In this document: positions 58,784 through 64,000 of the stretch, in pieces
Layout: the number at the start of each line of letters is the position of its first letter
Position numbering within the stretch: the stretch's first letter is position 1
Source: Candidatus Nomurabacteria bacterium
GTDB lineage: Bacteria > Patescibacteriota > Minisyncoccia > Phycocordibacterales > UBA9973
Length of the DNA: 64,000 nt
NCBI GenBank assembly: GCA_943359485.1
Contig: CALRHR010000001.1
Coordinates: 51,141 to 115,140 of the forward strand
Direction of reading: 5' to 3'
Program-made: the position numbers and the translations under genes
Notes under the pieces: generated by a model
The model's input: only the letters and a program-made list of their open reading frames with translations
What the model was told of the DNA's origin: nothing
The model's database searches: none

Positions 58784-59653
58784 TTAACGGCTCCTGCTGC
58801 CACCTTGAGGATTTCGACGTCCTGAAGAACTGTCAGCACTGCGAGTTTGCGGAGAAGTAGTAGTTCTTTCTGCTCCTCCCGTTCCTCCTGTTGTTCCCAT
58901 TGTGCCCGTTCTTGCCTTTGTTCCTGTGCGTGCGGGGCTCCCAGTGTGTCCAATGCTTCCAGTGTGTCCGGTGTCCACTCGATTTCGAATCACTCCAGGT
59001 CTATATACAACTCCTCGGCTTCCATAACCACTCCTATGAATGATCACTGGACGAGAAGCGTCTGCTTGTTTCTTTGCAACACCAGCTGCAATTTTAGCTA
59101 ATTTCTCGTCATGTTTTAATTGCGCCTTTGTTTTTTCGCTAGTTGTTAATTCAGATATCAAGTTGCCATCAGCATCGTACTTTCTTTTTAAAGCACCTCT
59201 TCCGGCAGCTACTTTTTCAGTATTAGCTGTGGTAAAAAGTTTTTCATCGTCTTCTTGAGTTCTAGATAATTTTTCTTCATCTTCATCTTCAGCTTTAGCT
59301 ATTTCTACATCCGCTTTCGCCAAAGCAAGTGCCTTTTCAGCTGCTTGAATATCAGCTTTATTTTCTGGATCTTCCTTAGCAACACTAAGGTCATAGGTAG
59401 CTTCCACAACAGCTTTTTCAGCTTTAGCAATAGCTGCCTTACTTGCTTGCATTTCTGGAGACAAAAAAGTTCCTGCTGCTATGGCGGCAGTAGCGAATTT
59501 TCTTCCAATTCCGCTATGATTATTTTTAGTTCTTGCTATTTCTCTAGCCCTCAGCTCTGAAGCTGTTAACTCCGTAGTTCCTTCTTCTGGAATAAATTCA
59601 CGTCTAGAACCTCCTATATTTTCCATTCCCATAGTATTTTTAGTTTCAGCCAT
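58784..59653 (-). CDS. low-complexity Ala/Lys/Glu-rich protein with Gly/Thr/Arg-rich C-terminal tail
   Basis: 289 aa with no signal peptide, containing repeats TGHTGSIGHTGSPARTGTKARTGT. Confidence 0.45.
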   Translation of the reverse strand: MAETKNTMGMENIGGSRREFIPEEGTTELTASELRAREIARTKNNHSGIGRKFATAAIAAGTFLSPEMQASKAAIAKAEKAVVEATYDLSVAKEDPENKADIQAAEKALALAKADVEIAKAEDEDEEKLSRTQEDDEKLFTTANTEKVAAGRGALKRKYDADGNLISELTTSEKTKAQLKHDEKLAKIAAGVAKKQADASRPVIIHRSGYGSRGVVYRPGVIRNRVDTGHTGSIGHTGSPARTGTKARTGTMGTTGGTGGAERTTTSPQTRSADSSSGRRNPQGGSRSR

Positions 59654-59656
59654 AGG

Positions 59657-59689
59657 TCATCGACTCTGAGAGTCTTAGACTGATGAGCT
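59657..59689. repeat. 32-nt repeat TCGACTCTGAGAGTCTTAGACTGATGAGCTGA (copy 2) in the 5' UTR of the 58784-59653 gene
   Basis: Matches the 58094-58127 copy. Confidence 0.6.
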
Positions 59690-59810
59690 GATCCGCCTTT
59701 GGCGGAAATTATTAATAAATTAAACTTTCCTAAATTATACTTTATATTGCAAGATTTTACAACCTTATACTAAGATAAGTGTATTATGGTATATAAAACC
59801 TTTTTGTCAA

Positions 59811-59895
59811 TGGTGCTGGAGGGGGGACTCGAACCCCCAAGCCTTGCGGCACTAGTTCCTAAGACTAGCGCGTATACCAATTCCGCCACTCCAGC
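59811..59895 (-). tRNA. tRNA-Leu (anticodon UAG)
   Basis: Cloverleaf with a long variable arm, anticodon loop CUUAGGA and an encoded CCA end. Confidence 0.8.
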
Positions 59896-59953
59896 GTCTT
59901 TTCAAATATACTTCGTATTTGAAATTTCGATTCACGAAACCGACGCTGGAGTG

Positions 59954-59985
59954 TCGGCCTCCTCACTTTGTTCGGATGAAAAATA
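59954..59985. terminator. perfect 14-bp hairpin GGATGAAAAATAAA-GCAG-TTTATTTTTCATCC
   Basis: Lies downstream of tRNA-Lys on the minus strand. Confidence 0.5.
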
Positions 59986-60035
59986 AAGCAGTTTATTTTT
60001 CATCCACTCCAGCTTCTAAAGTGCTCATGCACTTT

Positions 60036-60110
60036 GTGCGTCCAGAAGGGATCGAACCTTCGACCTTATCCTTAAGAGGGATCTGCTCTACCAGCTGAGC
60101 TATGGACGCA
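60036..60110 (-). tRNA. tRNA-Lys (anticodon CUU)
   Basis: Acceptor stem TGCGTCC/GGACGCA and anticodon loop CUCUUAA. CCA is not encoded. Confidence 0.75.
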
Positions 60111-60251
60111 AATATATTCAATTTTAAAACAAGACTTTACCATTAATAATCTTTCGACCTACCAAAACAGCTATGGACGCAAATATATTTAATTTTTAAA
60201 CAAGACTTTACCACCAACAATCTAACGATTTACCAAAACAGCTAAGGGCGC
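60097..60251. repeat. tandem ~72-bp duplication that includes the first 14 nt of tRNA-Lys and its upstream region
   Basis: AGCTATGGACGCAAATATATT...CCAAAAC occurs twice, followed by a third partial copy AGCTAAGGGCGC. Confidence 0.7.
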
Positions 60252-60291
60252 ATGTTTAATTTTCTAAAATAATTACAAATTTATAATTATT

Positions 60292-60376
60292 CTGGTGCTC
60301 GGGATGGGAGTCGAACCCATACCCCTTACGAGATTCGATTTTAAGTCGAACGCGTATACCAATTCCGCCACCCGAG
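60292..60376 (-). tRNA. tRNA-Leu (anticodon UAA)
   Basis: Long variable arm, anticodon loop CUUAAAA and an encoded CCA end. Confidence 0.8.
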
Positions 60377-60570
60377 CAGTTGTCTAAGTCTAACTGAAAA
60401 AAGTATTTTTTTCAATCCCTATTTACAGATTACATATCAGGTTATATAATATTCAGATGAGTATGGAAACTTCCGATCCCCAACTATCATTAGGAAATTC
60501 TGAGCTCTTGGAAGACCTAAAGTCACTCGTTGCTAAAAGATTATAAAAAATGAGATAGTATATTATTTAT

Positions 60571-61089
60571 ATGTCGGAAAAACTATTCAAAAGTGTCCCT
60601 AGTGCAGTTATTGAGAGAACTGAAATGGGTATGGTGGGACAAGTAAGAGAACTCGTAAGATTGATTCTTTGGGATAAAGTTCTGCGCGATAAACTTGTAG
60701 ACAATCCAATTGGAAAAGAAGGTCTGGATGCACTCAAGAGGCTCGGCAAAAATTTTTCTATTGTTCTTGCGGATAGTGTCCCCGTCTTAGGATCCGTTGT
60801 TCATTGGAGTGCAGATGTCTTAAAATTATCAAAACATGATGCAACTCCGGATGTTTCCAAATTAACAGCATGGGGAGCAAATATAATTGATGTATTAACT
60901 CTTGATACTATTCCCTCATATTGGATTCAAGCAGCTCTTCAATTGAGAAAAGATCTACCTAAGCTTCAGGCATTATTGAAACTTATTCAGAAGATACGCA
61001 CAGAAGAGATGGAAGATTATGAGGAAAATCAATCTCAAGTTGATGGTGCAATAAGAGTTTTTGGCACCGAAGAAAGAGATGAAAAATAA
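60571..61089 (+). CDS. hypothetical protein
   Basis: 172 aa ORF. Confidence 0.45.
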   Translation: MSEKLFKSVPSAVIERTEMGMVGQVRELVRLILWDKVLRDKLVDNPIGKEGLDALKRLGKNFSIVLADSVPVLGSVVHWSADVLKLSKHDATPDVSKLTAWGANIIDVLTLDTIPSYWIQAALQLRKDLPKLQALLKLIQKIRTEEMEDYEENQSQVDGAIRVFGTEERDEK

Positions 61090-61092
61090 AAT

Positions 61093-61323
61093 ATGGATAA
61101 AAAAGAAGCTTTAAAAATACTTATAGAACACAGTTTTGTCTTCACTAAAGATGTGCAAGAAAAATTGATTGCGGGTATTCCCGCTATGACTTTGCGAGAT
61201 GTTGATGCTCTGGGCAAGCTTTTAGCGTCACTAAAACAAAAGAGTATTATTTCTTATGATGCTGACATGAAGAAAATAAATCAAATGATTTTGGTGGTTG
61301 AAAAAGAAAAGGGAAGTGTCTGA
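61093..61323 (+). CDS. hypothetical protein
   Basis: 76 aa ORF starting immediately after the preceding ORF. Confidence 0.4.
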   Translation: MDKKEALKILIEHSFVFTKDVQEKLIAGIPAMTLRDVDALGKLLASLKQKSIISYDADMKKINQMILVVEKEKGSV

Positions 61324-61341
61324 TGTTTTTCTGTTTCTTTG

Positions 61342-61413
61342 AGGCGTGGGTGGGAATCGAACCCACGCATGTCGGTTTTGCAGACCGAAGCGTTACCATT
61401 TCGCCACCACGCC
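61342..61413 (-). tRNA. tRNA-Cys (anticodon GCA)
   Basis: Acceptor stem GGCGTGG/CCACGCC and anticodon loop CUGCAAA. Confidence 0.75.
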
Positions 61414-62133
61414 TTTTAAATGAAAATCGATTATTTTTCTAATTTTCCTATCAACAACCTTTGGTCGTAATTCAAAGTAGTTATTGAATATTTTAAATTT
61501 TCGCATAAAAAATGAATTAATGCTAGTGCCTTTGTATATTAGTTTGAATATTTGTAGAGAATCTTTTGTGTTGTATATTGCTTGGAAAGATCTCTTACTT
61601 GAATAAATTTTACCTTCTTTAATCCCAATTTTTCTAAAAACATGATTCATTTTTTCAAGAAATATTTTACTACCACTAGTAAATATCACACGAACCCTTT
61701 TTATTATTAATTTTTGGGTTTTACCTTTGGTTTGTGCAAAGTGAACACATCCATCTCCATCAAAATATCCCCTCATAAAATGACCTAAGTATTTTTGTGG
61801 AACTTTTGGGAACTTTATAGTTAGAGATTTGTTTGGATATAGACCTAATCTAAAAAGGTCATTGTATATTTTATGACTACCTATTCTTAACGCAAAGCAA
61901 ACTTTTCCTCTGATAAAATTCGACCTTTTCTGGTTTGTTTTGTGTTCTGAACCCAACCATGTTTTTATTCTTTCTATGGAATCTTTATCTGTGCTAGCTA
62001 TTTGGATATATTTACCACGCATATAAGGTGAATCATCCAAACTTCCATCAGCATAAATATATCCCAAAACATAGGCCATATTCGGGGACCATTTTTCGAA
62101 GAATTTTTCATTAACTTTATATTTTATTCCCAC
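61393..62133 (-). CDS. LAGLIDADG-family homing endonuclease (two-motif, single-chain)
   Basis: Two LAGLIDADG motifs are present (LGYIYADGSL and MRGYFDGDGCV). The last 7 codons GGC GTG GTG GCG AAA TGG TAA coincide with the 5' end of tRNA-Cys on the same strand. Confidence 0.75.
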   Translation of the reverse strand: MGIKYKVNEKFFEKWSPNMAYVLGYIYADGSLDDSPYMRGKYIQIASTDKDSIERIKTWLGSEHKTNQKRSNFIRGKVCFALRIGSHKIYNDLFRLGLYPNKSLTIKFPKVPQKYLGHFMRGYFDGDGCVHFAQTKGKTQKLIIKRVRVIFTSGSKIFLEKMNHVFRKIGIKEGKIYSSKRSFQAIYNTKDSLQIFKLIYKGTSINSFFMRKFKIFNNYFELRPKVVDRKIRKIIDFHLKGVVAKW

Positions 62134-62173
62134 TTTTATATTATAAGTGGTAATTAATTATACTGCAACTTGA

Positions 62174-62494
62174 TTACTTTTCTCGTAGCAATTCGTCAAT
62201 TTTTTGGCGGTTTTTTTCACCCAGATCAATGGCAATGTCGACAAAGGGGATGGTCTTGACGGGCATGTTTTTTTTCAAGTATTCCCGCAGTTCTGGTCTT
62301 TTGCGTTTGGCAAATTCTAGCGCGGTTTTTTCTTTTGAATCTGGAAGTACTGTAATAAATATCGTTGCCCGTTTTAAGTCGGGGGAACAGGTGGCGGCTA
62401 TCACGGTAATAAGTGAAGTTTTATTGTTTTCTCTTCCCAAAAAAATTGCCGCTAATTCTTTTATTTGATTTGCAACTTTATTATTTCTCTCCAT
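62174..62494 (-). CDS. rbfA: ribosome-binding factor A
   Basis: Matches RbfA over LITVIAATCSPDLKRATIFITVL, and sits directly downstream of infB as in the nusA-infB-rbfA operon. Confidence 0.7.
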   Translation of the reverse strand: MERNNKVANQIKELAAIFLGRENNKTSLITVIAATCSPDLKRATIFITVLPDSKEKTALEFAKRKRPELREYLKKNMPVKTIPFVDIAIDLGEKNRQKIDELLREK

Positions 62495-62521
62495 AATTTT
62501 AGATTAAGAATGTTTAAAAAA

Positions 62522-64000
62522 TTATTTCTGCGCCACACTAAATAATTCCACGACATCACCCGCTACGATTTCTATTTTAGATTCTACCATCATGCCAAAT
62601 TCCTTTCCCTCGGATACTTCGCTGGTTTTCATTTTACCTTGTTCCAAGTTTACGATTTTTCCACGACCGATTTCGAAATCTCGACGCATGATTTTAACCG
62701 TTCCATTTAGAACCATGGTTCCCTCGATTACTTTTCCGCCAACGATTTGGCGCTCGCGGGTTCGACTGAAAGCTCGGATGATCTTTGCTTTGCCAGTTGT
62801 TAACATGGTTTCGATCCTCGGCCGGCGGTTTTCCATTTCGACTTCCAGCCACTCGGTCAGTTTATAGATAATATTAAATAAGTTAATCCGGAGGCCTCTT
62901 TTTTGGGCAAGTTCTGTAGCATTTTTATCTATTTTGACATTGAAGCCAATAACGATGATGTTTCCACTGTCGGAAATATTTTTTATGTCTGATTCGCCGA
63001 TAGTTCCTACGCTCTTACTAATGATTTTAAATTCTGCTCCCTCGGTTTTTATCTTTGCTATTTCTTTTTCGATGGCTTCGAGAGTCCCGGAGACATCGGC
63101 TTTTAATATTATTGGAATTATTTTTTTTGTTGATTCTGTTTCGCGAGTAGAAAGGTCAGACCTTTTTGAATTCTCAAGGTCAGACCTTGGGGAATTATTT
63201 TTTATATATTCTTCGGCATCTTTTTTATTTTGAAAAGATTTAAAGATTGCTCCAACTCTCGGCATTTTGTCGAAGCCGACAATCCGTACCGGGGAAGACA
63301 TGGAGACAGAATCCATCATACTCCCTTTGAAATTTTCTATGATGCGCGTGGAGCAGATACAATCTTCTACCACAACCGTCATTCCTTTTTTCAAGGTTCC
63401 ATTTTTAACAATTAGCGTCGCCACGATTCCACGCTTAGAATCCAAATTTGCTTCAATGACGACTCCGGAGGCAGCTTCATCGATATTTCCAGTAAAGTTT
63501 TCCATCTCGGCCATAATTAAGATAAGTGACAGGAGGTTATCCACTCCTGTGCCTGTCTTTGCAGAAATTTCTACGCACGGGATCTTGCCACCATAATTTT
63601 CCAGATAAATTTCTTTTTCTACTAATTCTGTTTTTGTTTTTTCTACATTTGCGCCTGGCTTGTCTATCTTGTTGATTGCTACGATGCACACAGTGTTGCT
63701 TTCATTTATAGTTTTCCAGGCTTCCAATGTCTGTGGCTTGACGCCATCTTCTGCAGAAACTACCAATATTGCGATGTCGGCCACGGCTGCTCCGCGCTCG
63801 CGCATTTTCGAAAAAGCTTCATGGCCAGGTGTATCTAGAAAGGTGATTTTGCGACTAGCAAAATCATCCCGAGATTTTCGAGGGATAGCTCGATTCACTT
63901 CGTTCTCTCGGGATTTCGGTTCCTCTTGAGGAACCTCAACTTCATAGGCAGAAATATTTTGAGTTATGCCACCGATTTCACCTTCTGTCACATTTGTTTT
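62522..64000 (-). CDS. infB: translation initiation factor IF-2 (C-terminal part; gene continues beyond window)
   Basis: Has G-domain motifs ([12 protein letters not shown]) followed by domains II to IV. The track's first Met lies inside the G-domain, so the true start is upstream of position 64000. Confidence 0.9.
   Translation of the reverse strand, partial: KTNVTEGEIGGITQNISAYEVEVPQEEPKSRENEVNRAIPRKSRDDFASRKITFLDTPGHEAFSKMRERGAAVADIAILVVSAEDGVKPQTLEAWKTINESNTVCIVAINKIDKPGANVEKTKTELVEKEIYLENYGGKIPCVEISAKTGTGVDNLLSLILIMAEMENFTGNIDEAASGVVIEANLDSKRGIVATLIVKNGTLKKGMTVVVEDCICSTRIIENFKGSMMDSVSMSSPVRIVGFDKMPRVGAIFKSFQNKKDAEEYIKNNSPRSDLENSKRSDLSTRETESTKKIIPIILKADVSGTLEAIEKEIAKIKTEGAEFKIISKSVGTIGESDIKNISDSGNIIVIGFNVKIDKNATELAQKRGLRINLFNIIYKLTEWLEVEMENRRPRIETMLTTGKAKIIRAFSRTRERQIVGGKVIEGTMVLNGTVKIMRRDFEIGRGKIVNLEQGKMKTSEVSEGKEFGMMVESKIEIVAGDVVELFSVAQK

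Noticed and set aside
59660-59700. CUGAUGAG core within the 32-nt repeat, suggesting a hammerhead ribozyme
   Set aside because: The second repeat copy reads CUCGAUGAG, so the motif is not conserved. No clean stem II plus GAAA plus stem III arrangement could be drawn in either copy.

Overview
This is a low-GC, gene-dense window with no Shine-Dalgarno (SD) motifs and a 16S rRNA gene carrying an expansion insertion, which looks like a Candidate Phyla Radiation (CPR)-type bacterium using the standard genetic code. Core genes present are guaA (5' partial), nrdAB, thrS, rpmF, rnc, an SMC-like ATPase, a hydroxyacid dehydrogenase/glycerate kinase/ppsA/eno block, secA, murE/murD/murI/murC, rpsA, gyrA, rbfA and infB (partial), plus four tRNAs. 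Between these sit accessory segments. One is a six-gene array of paralogous small two-transmembrane (two-TM) pilin-like proteins (49.6-52.5 kb), followed by a HicAB toxin-antitoxin pair. Next to it is a roughly 3 kb GC-rich island (53.1-56.2 kb) encoding membrane proteins and a lipoprotein, each transcription unit preceded by a copy of a ~310-bp AT-rich leader containing a near-consensus promoter. Other accessory features are an IS200/IS605-like REP-associated tyrosine transposase flanked by three REP hairpins, three toxin-antitoxin pairs, a LAGLIDADG homing-endonuclease ORF that terminates inside tRNA-Cys next to duplicated tRNA fragments, and three small regulators (one ArsR-like, two PaaX-like paralogs) each bracketed by palindromes. 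Several dispersed repeat families recur, including a CTAGGC-type hairpin family that also sits inside the 16S expansion segment. All calls are from reading the sequence and ORF track; no database searches were run.
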